Origin: a virus
Lineage: Duplodnaviria > Caudoviricetes
Virus record (IMG/VR): IMGVR_UViG_3300028585_000521
Span: 1-41,474 of that record
DNA: 41,474 bases
Reading direction: 5' to 3' (one strand)
In this document: in pieces, positions 14,644 to 24,302 of the stretch
Numbering within the stretch: position 1 is the first letter of the stretch
How the letters are laid out: each line of letters opens with the position of its first letter
The notes under the pieces: generated by a model
The model's database searches: none
The model's input: only the letters and a program-made list of their open reading frames with translations
What the model was told of the DNA's origin: nothing
Made by a program: the position numbers and the translations under genes

Positions 14644-15055
14644 CCGCGAGTTCGTCTCGGACGGCTCAGCGCGCTGGTCAGTCGATCATGCCAGGCGGGT
14701 GGTTGAGGCCAGGGGCGCTGCCGGTCAGGTTCGCGAGGTGCTGGCGACACTGGAAAAGTCGGCACGCCCGGTACCGCGGGACTGGCTTGGGGATCGCCTG
14801 TCGATCCTGTGGACGATGTTCATGGCGTCGCGGACACAGAGCGATGCGTCTGCGCTGACAGTCTGGCTAGCCGAACATCTGCGGCTGCTTGGTGACCTGC
14901 CGCACGACATCGTGGCGCTGGCGATCGATCGGGCTGTCCAGTCCGCCAGGCATGGCTTCATCCCCTCGATCGGAGAAATTCGCGCCATCGCCGAGCCATT
15001 GGCCGACGACCGTGACATCCTCCTCCGCAGGCTACGCCTCGTTGTGGCAGCGTGA
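14549..15055 (+). CDS. Hypothetical replication-associated protein (possible helicase loader/inhibitor)
   Basis: LGDLPHDIVALAIDR...FIPSIGEIR; directly follows the initiator gene. Confidence 0.55.
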   Translation: MNDLMPAAPGSMLPPPPSTPSVPPELLSALVDREFVSDGSARWSVDHARRVVEARGAAGQVREVLATLEKSARPVPRDWLGDRLSILWTMFMASRTQSDASALTVWLAEHLRLLGDLPHDIVALAIDRAVQSARHGFIPSIGEIRAIAEPLADDRDILLRRLRLVVAA

Positions 15056-15088
15056 TCCAATGACAAACTACAAACCGGGACTGACGGC

Positions 15089-16039
15089 ATGAAGAAGCGG
15101 ACCACCAAGGGGCTGCGAGGCGCACTTTCGTCAGCGAAAGCGAAGATGGTCTCGACCTCGATCGCGATGGAACAGCCGACCGCTGAGCAGGCCGGCAAGG
15201 TCGAATACGTTCGCCAGCAGATCCGTGACGAGATGGGCAAGCAGGTGGGCTTCGCCTACCGGCGCCGGCCGCTTTTCGAGACGCTGGCGGCGGGCAAGGC
15301 CAATGCGATCACAGTCGACGAACTGGCAGCGTTGCGGTTCTACCGGGCGGCTTTTGACCGCTGCGATCGGTCGGCGACAAAGAGTTGCTTGAACGTCGGT
15401 GTCGGCGGCACGCGGGATCCCGGGAAGGATCTGATCTCAGCCACTCCGGCGATCTTGGAGGCCAAGCGCAAGGTGGCGCTATGCGAAGGGGCTATGGGAG
15501 GGACCGTGCTGATCACGATGCGGGCCGTGGTGCTGGACGACCAGTCGTTTTCGGAGATTGCGATCGCCCGGTTCGGTGGCCGCAACCAAGACTGGATCAT
15601 CGTGGACGAGCCGGTGCTGCGCAATGGGAAGCCCGTGACCGAGAACGGCAAGCTAGTGACGAAGACCGTGCATCGGGAGCGGATCGCCCCCCGGTCCGGC
15701 CGGCACCGTCAGATGGTCAGCGACGAGTTTCGGATCGGCCTGCGCGCGCTGACGGATCGCGTCCGCAGCCTCGTCTCGCGACCCGGGATCGAAGAGCTGT
15801 GGATCGAGCCGGCCGGCAAGGGCGCCAGCATCCGCCGCGGGGTTTGCGCGCCCAACGGCCTGTACCGTCGCTGGGGATCGAGCATCCATATCGACGGGGT
15901 GCTGGCGGCGCTGCGGGGTATGCACGGCGAGACGTTGTCATTCGCGACGGCCGCAGCGGCCCAGGTGGCATTGGAGGCAGCTGATGTCGCCACTGGGGGT
16001 CACTTAGCGCAGCTGGTGCGTGAGGAGTTGGCGGCCTGA
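15089..16039 (+). CDS. Hypothetical protein, possible late-transcription regulator
   Basis: Last gene of the early-right operon; HTH-like VVLDDQSFSEIAIARFG. The function is inferred from position. Confidence 0.55.
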   Translation: MKKRTTKGLRGALSSAKAKMVSTSIAMEQPTAEQAGKVEYVRQQIRDEMGKQVGFAYRRRPLFETLAAGKANAITVDELAALRFYRAAFDRCDRSATKSCLNVGVGGTRDPGKDLISATPAILEAKRKVALCEGAMGGTVLITMRAVVLDDQSFSEIAIARFGGRNQDWIIVDEPVLRNGKPVTENGKLVTKTVHRERIAPRSGRHRQMVSDEFRIGLRALTDRVRSLVSRPGIEELWIEPAGKGASIRRGVCAPNGLYRRWGSSIHIDGVLAALRGMHGETLSFATAAAAQVALEAADVATGGHLAQLVREELAA

Positions 16040-16233
16040 CCGCTGACGGCAGCATACCACCGGCAGGCGGCCGGGGGTGGTGTATTATGGGCAGTAAGGG
16101 GGGGAGTAGCGACCGCATGGCGTGAGGATAACCGTCGCCAGGCGAACGGCTCACAGGCTGCGATTGTGACGCGGGCTATGATGGTGTCGCTGGTATCGCG
16201 CAAGTGGGCGGGATACTAGCGGCGCGACGTACG

Positions 16234-16258
16234 AAAAACAGCCGGGGTCTCCCCCGGC
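16234..16258 (-). terminator. Rho-independent terminator of the 42-aa peptide gene
   Basis: Minus strand GCCGGGG-GAGA-CCCCGGC-TGTTTTT, a few nt after the stop at 16265. Confidence 0.7.
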
Positions 16259-16264
16259 CGAAAT

Positions 16265-16393
16265 TTACTCTGGATCGTTATCGTTCTCGTAGATCGGAAT
16301 ACGATAAGCCTGACCCTTCGGCTTACATATCCTTTTACCGTTCCGCAGTGTGATGCACTGTCGGTAAATGACGTCGATGACCTTGCGCTTCAT
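16265..16393 (-). CDS. 42-aa basic peptide
   Basis: RBS CAGGAG; MKRKVIDVIYRQCITLRNGKRICKPKGQAYRIPIYENDNDPE; has its own terminator. Confidence 0.65.
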   Translation of the reverse strand: MKRKVIDVIYRQCITLRNGKRICKPKGQAYRIPIYENDNDPE

Positions 16394-16698
16394 GGCAAAA
16401 TCTCCTGGTCTAGGGTTGACCCAGACACCGGAGCATGCGATTCCTAGCTTACCACAGCAGAGGTCATGCACGCTTCGGCGTCGAGGCTTCCGAGGGCCGG
16501 TCCTTAGGGATCGGCTCTTTCGATTCCGGCAATTCCCCGGACCAACACATCATATCACTAGGCGCCTCCATCACGCGACGACTCGCGCTGTGATTGTATC
16601 GCATACTCGCATTCGCAAAGCAACTCTTACTGGCGGACTCCACCAACTCAGAGTTGACACAGCGGTCAACACATGGCCTTATCGGCTGGGAGGTCGGG

Positions 16699-17121
16699 AT
16701 GGATGAGTTACTTCAACGAGCGCTAGACAGGCGCCGTCAGCTTCGTGAAGAGCTTGCTGCCGTCGATAAATTCGTAGAATCCTACTCAGCCGTCCAAGAG
16801 CGTCGAAATGCGAAGCCTGAAATGGCCGATCTGTTTGCACATTCCGAACCGGCTTCCCCTAAGCCTAGAGCACTTCATTCTGCTGCGATAGGCGCCGCCA
16901 TGGATGAAGCTGCCCGGCTCATTGTAGAAGCAGGCCGTCCGCTTACCCGAGGGGAGCTTGTGACGAAGCTATCTTCTGAAGGACATAAGCTAGACGGCAC
17001 CGATAAAAACAAGGTCCTTGGCACCAATTTATGGCGGTCTGGGAAATTTGTGAACCTGAAGGGAGCTGGCTACTGGCCGAAAGGCGAACCACTTCCGAGC
17101 AAGTTTGACACGGAATCCTAA
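16699..17121 (+). CDS. Coiled-coil plus winged-HTH-like protein
   Basis: RBS GGGAGG before the ATG at 16699; N-terminal coiled coil; EAGRPLTRGELVTKL...GYW is wHTH-like. Confidence 0.7.
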   Translation: MDELLQRALDRRRQLREELAAVDKFVESYSAVQERRNAKPEMADLFAHSEPASPKPRALHSAAIGAAMDEAARLIVEAGRPLTRGELVTKLSSEGHKLDGTDKNKVLGTNLWRSGKFVNLKGAGYWPKGEPLPSKFDTES

Positions 17122-17309
17122 CAAACCGGTTCCGTTCTAAGCAGGGCAGCTCCCATTCGGAAGTCGGTCAGAATGCCTCTAGCTGTTGTTAAGCCGCCAC
17201 TCTACTTCGCTCTACGACCCGTTTCCGTTCCTGCTTAGGTGCCCGGCCTCGCGCAGTCGGACAAGGCATCGCGTAACTCGTAGACGACATCACTGATGCC
17301 AAACGCCGC

Positions 17310-17585
17310 CTAATGCACGGACTGCGACATAGGGACGACGTTGCCCTCGTCGCGGAAGGCGGCAAGCCCTTCAGTTTTCAGTGTCTCACGGAACGTCGTC
17401 TCGGCCGCCTCGTCGCTGTCGAACAGGTCATCCCACACGATCGACGTACCGACTTGGTTAACCACCTCCAACGACCAGCCGGGTCGATCGTCGAGGCGGT
17501 AGATCTCCAGCCGCAGCCGGTAGCCGTTCCACACGATTATGCGGGACAGGTGTGAGTTGATGATGTTCGGTTCGTCTTCATCCAT
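17310..17585 (-). CDS. Hypothetical acidic protein
   Basis: MDEDEPNII...LEIYRL...WSLEVVN...SIVWDDLFDSD; 91 aa. Confidence 0.7.
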   Translation of the reverse strand: MDEDEPNIINSHLSRIIVWNGYRLRLEIYRLDDRPGWSLEVVNQVGTSIVWDDLFDSDEAAETTFRETLKTEGLAAFRDEGNVVPMSQSVH

Positions 17586-17722
17586 GGGCAGCCGTCTATC
17601 GATTTGGCCGAACGTCGTCGATGCCAGTGGCGCTGGCAGCCCCCCCCACAACAGCGCGATGGCGACCTTGCCCCCTGCCCCTGAATGGCTGACCATGCCC
17701 AGACAAAGGGAGGATCGATCAC

Positions 17723-18145
17723 GTGAAAACCGGCATCATCGCATTCGGCCTACTCGCCGCAGCCTGCTCGCGATCACCCGAGCAACTCGTTCAGAATGAC
17801 GGCATGACACCAGCACCCGTAGCAGCTGTCGCGATGCCAACGCCCGATGCCAGCGTCACCAGCACACCTGTCGACGTACCCAGCGACCCCCGTGCCAGCT
17901 ATCTGATCCTTAGCAACAACGAGATGCCCAACGGCCACCGCGAGGTGATGAGCCGGCGATCGGGGCCTTCGGGTGAAAGCTATGCGCGTCGGGAGATCGA
18001 CTGCGGCACCGGCACCGTCCGTTATATTGGCGAAGGCGATACGCTGGCAGAGGCACAATCAGACTCGCCTAATCCCGGCGACATGACCACGCCTGTTACC
18101 GAAAGCATCACCGGCGTCATCACGGCAGCGGCGTGCGGTAGTTGA
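17723..18145 (+). CDS. Lipoprotein (moron)
   Basis: RBS GGGAGG; lipobox LLAAAC; two further Cys residues. Confidence 0.75.
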   Translation: MKTGIIAFGLLAAACSRSPEQLVQNDGMTPAPVAAVAMPTPDASVTSTPVDVPSDPRASYLILSNNEMPNGHREVMSRRSGPSGESYARREIDCGTGTVRYIGEGDTLAEAQSDSPNPGDMTTPVTESITGVITAAACGS

Positions 18146-18199
18146 AGCACGGGCACGGGGTGATCGGGCAATTCGCTATACGGCTATCGGACTATCGGA

Positions 18200-18565
18200 T
18201 CACCACGCCCCGGTTGGCTTCGGTCTGCCAGCAAGCTTTACACTTCGTAAATGGGTCAACAGCGTTGCCGCCTCGTTCGGTGCAACCTGCATGAAAAGAT
18301 CGAGCAAATCTTGGTCGTTCATGCCGTCGTTGCTGATGCCCATTGGCAGCGCGATCGGCTGACGCATCCGGACGCCAGGCTGCGCTTCGAGAACGATCGC
18401 ACGCCACGTCATGCCCACCGGGGGTGCCCCCAAATTGCGGTTGAACTCCATTTCAACGGCATTGCGCATGCGGAGCCGGCTGTCCGGATTTTTCTCGAAC
18501 CACGCCGCGTCGCCTTGCGTCGCAATCTCGATGACCCGCTCGTTAAGCGCACGAATCTCAGCCAT
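18200..18565 (-). CDS. Hypothetical protein (second gene of a coupled pair)
   Basis: 121 aa; TAATG stop/start overlap with the upstream gene. Confidence 0.7.
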   Translation of the reverse strand: MAEIRALNERVIEIATQGDAAWFEKNPDSRLRMRNAVEMEFNRNLGAPPVGMTWRAIVLEAQPGVRMRQPIALPMGISNDGMNDQDLLDLFMQVAPNEAATLLTHLRSVKLAGRPKPTGAW

Positions 18566-18960
18566 TAGACGCCGCCGCCTGATCGGTTCATCTCGGCCTC
18601 AGTGAGAGCAAATCGAGCCACGTCAAACTCCTCGACCTCGACACCGCGCTCCCGGGCGCTCTCAAGGCTGCTACGCCAGCGGTCAAGGGAATGAGGCCCA
18701 ATAGCCTGCTCGCACTCGACTTGAATCTCGACGACTGAACCAACCGGTACGGGTTCCTGCGCAAAACCGCCGGTCACTGGGTGATGCAGACGCCACCAGA
18801 CGCGACGCACGATCAGGTCCTCAGTGTGCCCATGCTTGGCGTCCGGCCGGTGGATAGAGAGATAGCTGCCGATCGTTGGCAACGCAGGCGCTTCAAACTC
18901 GAGACTGTAATCAGGCTTTAACCGCCCGATTTCACGCACCACGACGGTGAATTTCACCAT
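18565..18960 (-). CDS. Hypothetical protein (first gene of a coupled pair)
   Basis: MVKFTVVVRE...LPTIGSYLSI...VRRVWW; beta-rich. Confidence 0.7.
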   Translation of the reverse strand: MVKFTVVVREIGRLKPDYSLEFEAPALPTIGSYLSIHRPDAKHGHTEDLIVRRVWWRLHHPVTGGFAQEPVPVGSVVEIQVECEQAIGPHSLDRWRSSLESARERGVEVEEFDVARFALTEAEMNRSGGGV

Positions 18961-19094
18961 GGAACATTCCCAGATTGTTTGCACACTAGCCGTATCCTAG
19001 ATTCAAATTAGAACTATGCCAGCGCACAATCGTGACACACCCCTTGCCATTCCATACCCTCGTTCAATATGGTTTACGTTAGTATGGAGGCTAT

Positions 19095-19304
19095 ATGCGG
19101 TATTCCGTTCGTAAGTCAGGCCGATTGGCCACGCTGGGGCAACGTCGCAGCACCATAGAAGATGCGCTTGAACTCGCATTTGACCATCTGGCTAGCGCCA
19201 AGCCGGGAGAAGACGTTACCCTTGAAGATCACACCACTGGGGTAAGCTACAAGAATGAAGATATTAGACGGCTTACATCTTCAATTAAAGACAGCGAATT
19301 TTAA
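19095..19304 (+). CDS. Hypothetical protein (AT-rich moron)
   Basis: RBS GGAGG; 69 aa; AT-rich flanks. Confidence 0.6.
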   Translation: MRYSVRKSGRLATLGQRRSTIEDALELAFDHLASAKPGEDVTLEDHTTGVSYKNEDIRRLTSSIKDSEF

Positions 19305-19541
19305 ACTGGGTAACTTTGCCTTGGCAGCATACCTATTTTTACATTGAATATCTGCCCGGCATCGTTAACTAAACATCAAAACACTGACCGCTACATGGGG
19401 ATAAAATTGTCTTCGCTGTAGAAGGCTGCAAGGTTCTTGGCCTTCAACGTTCTGCAAGGTGTGTGCTCTACTTCGGCGTGGTCACCGGCACGGCACCCCA
19501 TCGTCGCCGCACTAAGGTCATCTGCCCTTTTCATTGCAACT

Positions 19542-20813
19542 TTATCCCGCCCGTACGGTCGGCACCTCTGTGATGCTGGTCGTCCATGCGGGCGACCGCA
19601 TCTCAGACCGCAGCTTCCACTCCCGCTTAAACCCCTGCGATGCGGTCACGGCCGTCCATTTCCCGAACCGGCCGTTGATCTCGTCCAGCGCGCCCATCAG
19701 CCGTGCCCGCTTGTCGGTATCGCCCTCGAATAGCGTCCTGGGTCGCATGTCAGCAGCGACGAGATCGTCCAGCAGCACGCCTGCCTTGGTGTAGGCATAG
19801 CCGTCACGCCACGCGCGCTCCGCTGCCCGTCGCGCCGCGGCGATCAGTTCAAGGCTGTCGCTGGTCATCGGGTACAGCGTCACCGTGCGAGACCCAGTGT
19901 ATTGCGGTCGCTCGGGCTTGTTGGGATTGGTGTGGAAGAACGCCGTCAGCCGGGACGCGACGAGGCCGTGACTGCGCAGCTTCTCGCCGGCACGCATGGC
20001 ATATTCGGTCAGCGCGCCCATCAGGTGATCGAAGGTTAGCACGGGCGTGCCGAATGACCGCGTCACTGCCATACCCCGCCGCTGCGGCGCCACCATCTCC
20101 ACTGCGGCTGACGGCACCCCACGCAACTCGGCGACCAGCCGCTCCAGCACCACGGTGCCGAGCCCCCTCGCCTGCTTCATCGGCATGTCGCGAAGCTCGC
20201 CAGCGGTCGTGATGCCAAGCGCGATCAGCTTGCGCGCGGTAGCGCCGCCGACACCCCAGATGTCGCCGACCGGGAAGGCCCCCATGACGTCATGACAGAC
20301 GCGCTCATCGCGCAGATCGGTAACTCCGCCGAACTTCTCCTGCTTCTTCGCCGCGGCGTTGGCCAGCTTCGCCAGCGTCTTGGTGCCGGCAATGCCGACA
20401 CAGGTGGGGATCGTCGTCCACTGCCGGACCTGATCGCGCATGGCGTGGGCGTGGGCCACCAGATCACGGTCTTCGAAGCCGGAGAGGTCGAGGAAGGTCT
20501 CGTCGATCGAGTAGATCTCGACGTCGCGAGCGAACGCCTCGCATGCCGCCAGCACCCGGCGCTGCATGTCGCCATAGAGGGTGTAGTTCGACGACAGCAC
20601 GCGGATGCCGTGCGCCCGTACCTTGTCGCGCAGGTGGTGGATGGGATCGCCCATCTTGATCCCCAGCGCCTTCGCCTCCTGGCTGCGGGCGATCGCACAG
20701 CCATCGTTGTTCGACAGGACGATGACCGGCACGCCGACAAGGCTGGCATCGAACGCCCGCTCACAGCTGACATAGTAGTTGTTGCAGTCGATCAGCGCGA
20801 TCGGCGCGGTCAT
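19542..20813 (-). CDS. umuC: Y-family DNA polymerase, UmuC-like
   Basis: [44 protein letters not shown]-terminal [14 protein letters not shown]. Confidence 0.95.
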   Translation of the reverse strand: MTAPIALIDCNNYYVSCERAFDASLVGVPVIVLSNNDGCAIARSQEAKALGIKMGDPIHHLRDKVRAHGIRVLSSNYTLYGDMQRRVLAACEAFARDVEIYSIDETFLDLSGFEDRDLVAHAHAMRDQVRQWTTIPTCVGIAGTKTLAKLANAAAKKQEKFGGVTDLRDERVCHDVMGAFPVGDIWGVGGATARKLIALGITTAGELRDMPMKQARGLGTVVLERLVAELRGVPSAAVEMVAPQRRGMAVTRSFGTPVLTFDHLMGALTEYAMRAGEKLRSHGLVASRLTAFFHTNPNKPERPQYTGSRTVTLYPMTSDSLELIAAARRAAERAWRDGYAYTKAGVLLDDLVAADMRPRTLFEGDTDKRARLMGALDEINGRFGKWTAVTASQGFKREWKLRSEMRSPAWTTSITEVPTVRAG

Positions 20814-21289
20814 GCCATTTTGCGGGCGACGCCCACCACCACGCCCCAAATCTGGACATGCTCGTCGACAAGAATATCGGTGAAGCCTTCCGCCTCCGGG
20901 ACCAGCCAATGCCGGCCGTCAACATAGCGCAGCCGCTTCAGCGTGCGGTCGCCGTGGACCAGCGCCACTACGATCATTCCCGCCCGCGGCTCCTTGGCAC
21001 GGTTGACGACGATCAGATCACCATCGTTGATGCCCACCCCCGACATCGACCGGCCATCGACCCGCATGATGTAGCTCGCGGCGGGATACTCGACGAGCCA
21101 AGCACCGAGGTCGATCGGCTCCTGCATGTCGTCTTGGGCAGGCGATGGAAAGCCAGCGGGCGTGTCGCAGAGGAAGAACGGCACCTCGCGCGGCACCAGT
21201 TCGAAGGGCACGTCGTGGAGGGTCAGAGCGGGCACAGCGCGGCGTGACGATACGATGCTGAGGCGGGGCCTGCTGGAGGGTGTCATCAT
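20810..21289 (-). CDS. umuD: UmuD-like S24 autopeptidase
   Basis: [10 protein letters not shown] cleavage motif, GRSM (Ser), TLKRL (Lys); ATGA-coupled to umuC. Confidence 0.92.
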   Translation of the reverse strand: MMTPSSRPRLSIVSSRRAVPALTLHDVPFELVPREVPFFLCDTPAGFPSPAQDDMQEPIDLGAWLVEYPAASYIMRVDGRSMSGVGINDGDLIVVNRAKEPRAGMIVVALVHGDRTLKRLRYVDGRHWLVPEAEGFTDILVDEHVQIWGVVVGVARKMA

Positions 21290-21492
21290 CACAGGATCGC
21301 CGGGAGCGGGAGCTGCTGATGTGGCGCAGCCAGCACGGCGCGGGCGTCCTGCGCGGCTCCGACCGCCTGTCGGTAGTGAACCGTGCCGTACCGCTCGGCG
21401 TCGTCGAACCCTATCGGCGCCCATTCCTCGGAGGGATAGACGTTCTCGTAGATGGCACGGGCAGCCGCGCGCAGTTGCAGATCATGCTGCAT
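21289..21492 (-). CDS. Small hypothetical protein leading the umuDC operon
   Basis: RBS GGAGG; 67 aa; its stop overlaps the umuD start. Confidence 0.75.
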   Translation of the reverse strand: MQHDLQLRAAARAIYENVYPSEEWAPIGFDDAERYGTVHYRQAVGAAQDARAVLAAPHQQLPLPAIL

Positions 21493-21565
21493 TGGGTCCT
21501 CCAGCGATGTCGATCACCGCAGGGCGGCGCGGGCATAGCTAGGCCGATCCCGACTTGATTCGCAA

Positions 21566-21580
21566 GAACGTTGCCAGAAC
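21566..21580. promoter_or_regulatory. Alphaproteobacterial LexA (SOS) box
   Basis: GAAC-GTTGCCA-GAAC fits GAAC-N7-GAAC and lies between the divergent umuDC operon and yozE-like gene. Confidence 0.85.
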
Positions 21581-21626
21581 AAAACCGGGATGACATGAGT
21601 ACGTTCGCTTGAACGAGGAGCCTGAC

Positions 21627-21860
21627 ATGACTGATCACGACGACCAATCCGACGCGCAGATGCCATTTGGGCGGTGGCTGCTGACCCAGCGTGACCGGGG
21701 CGATTGGGTCGATGGCATCGCCGACGCAGCCCGTGCCGATCGAACGTTTCCGAAGAACGGCGATCCCGAGGCGGTGCGCGCTCACCTTCGCAAGCAGCAG
21801 GCTGATGGTGACGTCTTCGCTGCTATCGACGATGCGGAGAGCGACTGGATGGCAGCCTGA
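21627..21860 (+). CDS. YozE-like (SAM-like fold) protein
   Basis: FGRWLLTQRDRGDWVDGIADAARADRTFPK; RBS GAGGAG. Confidence 0.7.
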   Translation: MTDHDDQSDAQMPFGRWLLTQRDRGDWVDGIADAARADRTFPKNGDPEAVRAHLRKQQADGDVFAAIDDAESDWMAA

Positions 21861-21944
21861 CGAAGAGCTTGGTTCACTCGCGATTACAACGCAATCTGTC
21901 GAACGGAATGATTACCTCTCCACAATTCGCTACTAGGCTACCGG

Positions 21945-22208
21945 TTACCCATCGCCAGCATCGCCACGACCCCAACGCGCTTGATGGAACGACCAGCGCA
22001 CTTTGCCTTCGCGTGCTCCCCGGCAGGAAGACCGTGCCGGCGCACCGCAGGTCGGACACTCGCGCGCCCAAGCTCGCATCCGCGCCCGATATTTTGGGCT
22101 GTCGCGGTTTGGCTCCCAGTCTGTTGGCATAGCTTCGCCACGATCAATGGAGGCCCGCTCCTCGACGATTTCGGAGATCGTCTTGGTGCGATGACGGATA
22201 CGCGCCAT
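21945..22208 (-). CDS. Small zinc-finger protein
   Basis: CPTCGAPARSSC...FHQAR (CxxC-x7-C-x-H type); starts 7 nt after the upstream stop. Confidence 0.6.
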   Translation of the reverse strand: MARIRHRTKTISEIVEERASIDRGEAMPTDWEPNRDSPKYRARMRAWARECPTCGAPARSSCRGAREGKVRWSFHQARWGRGDAGDG

Positions 22209-22215
22209 GATTGAT

Positions 22216-22779
22216 CTAAAGCTCGCTCTTGGCCCCAAGCTCCCACAGGGCATCGATACCCTGCAGGTAGGCGATCGCCTTTGCCGGATGCGTCCCAATC
22301 ATCCCAGCCGGGTTGGTCTGAGTTGGCTCATCGACCTCTTCCCAGCGCTGATACATTCCGATCACCACCTGCCATCCATCATCGTCGCTGGCGTCCTCGG
22401 CCACAGCCTCGATCTTCGCGGTCCAGCCCACTTCGTCCGCAAACACCTCGGGACCGCCCATGTAGTCGAGCAGCAGCGTCATGACCCCCTTGCGCTCCCC
22501 GATGAAAACGACCGGGAAGAGCAGCCCCGCCAGATGAAGTCGCTCTGCGACCTTGACCACCCGCTCATCATGATCGGTGTCCCAAATGACCGCAAAGTCG
22601 TGGATGCGGCCTTGTTCGAGCTTTTGTCCGTCGATGCCACGCCACTGCATCGTGCGGAATACCGAATGGTGGGCACCGCGGCCAAGCCGCCCCACAGGTT
22701 CGGGCTGGTCATATAAGCACGAGAAAAGGTGAGAATACTGGCGCATGGTCAGAGCTTGCTCCTGGTCGAGGATCATCAC
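22216..22779 (-). CDS. Hypothetical protein (moron)
   Basis: 187-aa ORF with globular composition (HDFAVIWDTDHDERV). Confidence 0.7.
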   Translation of the reverse strand: MMILDQEQALTMRQYSHLFSCLYDQPEPVGRLGRGAHHSVFRTMQWRGIDGQKLEQGRIHDFAVIWDTDHDERVVKVAERLHLAGLLFPVVFIGERKGVMTLLLDYMGGPEVFADEVGWTAKIEAVAEDASDDDGWQVVIGMYQRWEEVDEPTQTNPAGMIGTHPAKAIAYLQGIDALWELGAKSEL

Positions 22780-23184
22780 GGCTTTCGGCCGATACGCCCC
22801 AGCTTTCGACTGACGCGCTCCTCAAGCATAGCAGCCGATCCAATCGGCGCCAGCTCTGCTCGCCACATCGACATTAAGCCGAGGGAATCCGGGTGTGGCC
22901 GGAGAACGATGGGCACGCGACGATTGCCGTGGCTGCCAGCTATCGTCGTCGGAGCACGAAGGTCACCTAAGCCTGATTGGCTCGTCCGATGCGGGTATGT
23001 AATACGGAAAACCGACGATCATGATAACCATCGGCCCTCTGCCTAAATTCATAGTCTAGCTATTAAAACAGCGACGTGCCTATTATCAAAACTAGCACTC
23101 CGAAAGCCATTGTAACTAGACCGCCGATAACGCCCCTTGCTACCTTACTAACCATAGCCAACAGAAAAAGGCATATAATAACAC

Positions 23185-23613
23185 TCATATTCTCACAGCC
23201 TTATTGGTAATTCCATTCACGATATATTTTGCTCTGCCGCTGCCATCCCGGCGCTCGACGCAAGTCACTTCAAACTTGCTATTGCCGACTGGCTCGACGT
23301 TACTAACTTGAGCGCACAAATGGCCATTTGAATTGATCAACACCCCAACAAAGTCCGCAGCCGCCTTCATCTGTGGATCATTTTCCATAAATGCCAAACG
23401 CTGCTCCTCCGTCCCGTAGGTTTCCCGCGGACTCGTTACATCTTTAGGGGCGATGACTTTTTCTAGTTCCGGTGTGGGATTTGTAGGATGAACTGCTACC
23501 ATCTGATCCGAAGAAGGCGGCCCTGGAAAGGGGGGATCAGGCATCACCGTCGCGACGAACCCGATGACAGTTAATATGCCGATACCAGCGATAATTTGAG
23601 TGCGCGTGTTCAT
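23185..23613 (-). CDS. Membrane-anchored or exported protein (moron)
   Basis: RBS AAAGGAGG; N-terminal transmembrane segment IIAGIGILTVIGFVATV; INSNGHLCAQV...EVTC Cys pair; AT-rich. Confidence 0.75.
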   Translation of the reverse strand: MNTRTQIIAGIGILTVIGFVATVMPDPPFPGPPSSDQMVAVHPTNPTPELEKVIAPKDVTSPRETYGTEEQRLAFMENDPQMKAAADFVGVLINSNGHLCAQVSNVEPVGNSKFEVTCVERRDGSGRAKYIVNGITNKAVRI

Positions 23614-23819
23614 GGGGCTTCCTCCTTTCTCAGAGGCTTTGGTGCTTCTGGTGCTAAAAATTTCCATGCATTTGTGGTGAACGGTGAGTTTCAAAGTAAA
23701 GCACGAGCCTCGTGGCGGCTTTGAATTTAAGCCCTCAAGTTCTTTAAGGTTGCGCGGGGGCAACGCATGTGCCATCAACGTCTCAGTGGTTTTGCGCGTC
23801 AAGGGATCGCGCTTCCTTC

Positions 23820-23844
23820 GCCCACCCTCACCGGTGGGCTTTTT
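23820..23844 (+). terminator. Intrinsic terminator upstream of the late operon (tR'-like position)
   Basis: GCCCACC-CTCACC-GGTGGGC-TTTTT. Confidence 0.7.
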
Positions 23845-23981
23845 CGTATCCATCCTCGGTTTCCCTACACTCGACCTCGGCGGCGGGTGGAATGCGGTCG
23901 CTCGCTCTCAGCGTAACCCGGCCCAACGGATGGGACTGAACACCGGAAAGCGACCGCCCGCCGAACACCAGGAGCGTGGAC

Positions 23982-24302
23982 ATGCCCAGTCGTCCGCCCG
24001 GCCTGCGCAAGAAGCAGGGCACGGTGCGGCCGTTGACTGGCTGGTCGAAGCGCAAGACACGGCAGGAGCGCGGCTACGGCGCGGCGCACGACCGGATGCG
24101 GGCACAGGTGCTGCGCGAGGAGCCGACCTGCCGCGAGTGTCGCAAGGCTGGCCGGGTGGCGGTGTCGGTGATCGCCGATCACATCATACCCAAAGCCGAG
24201 CGCGGCACCGATGATCGCGAAAATTACCAGGGCCTTTGCCGGGCGTGCCACACGGCCAAGACTGCGCAGGAAAGCGCGCGGGCTCGCCGCCGCTCCAAAT
24301 AG
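23982..24302 (+). CDS. HNH endonuclease (HK97 gp74-like packaging factor)
   Basis: CREC...DHIIPKAERGTDDRENYQGLCRACHTAKT; upstream of terS. Confidence 0.9.
   Translation: MPSRPPGLRKKQGTVRPLTGWSKRKTRQERGYGAAHDRMRAQVLREEPTCRECRKAGRVAVSVIADHIIPKAERGTDDRENYQGLCRACHTAKTAQESARARRRSK

Noticed and set aside
17122-17309. Intergenic DNA faintly resembling degenerate palindromic repeat elements
   Set aside because: No second copy or consistent stem could be shown within the window.
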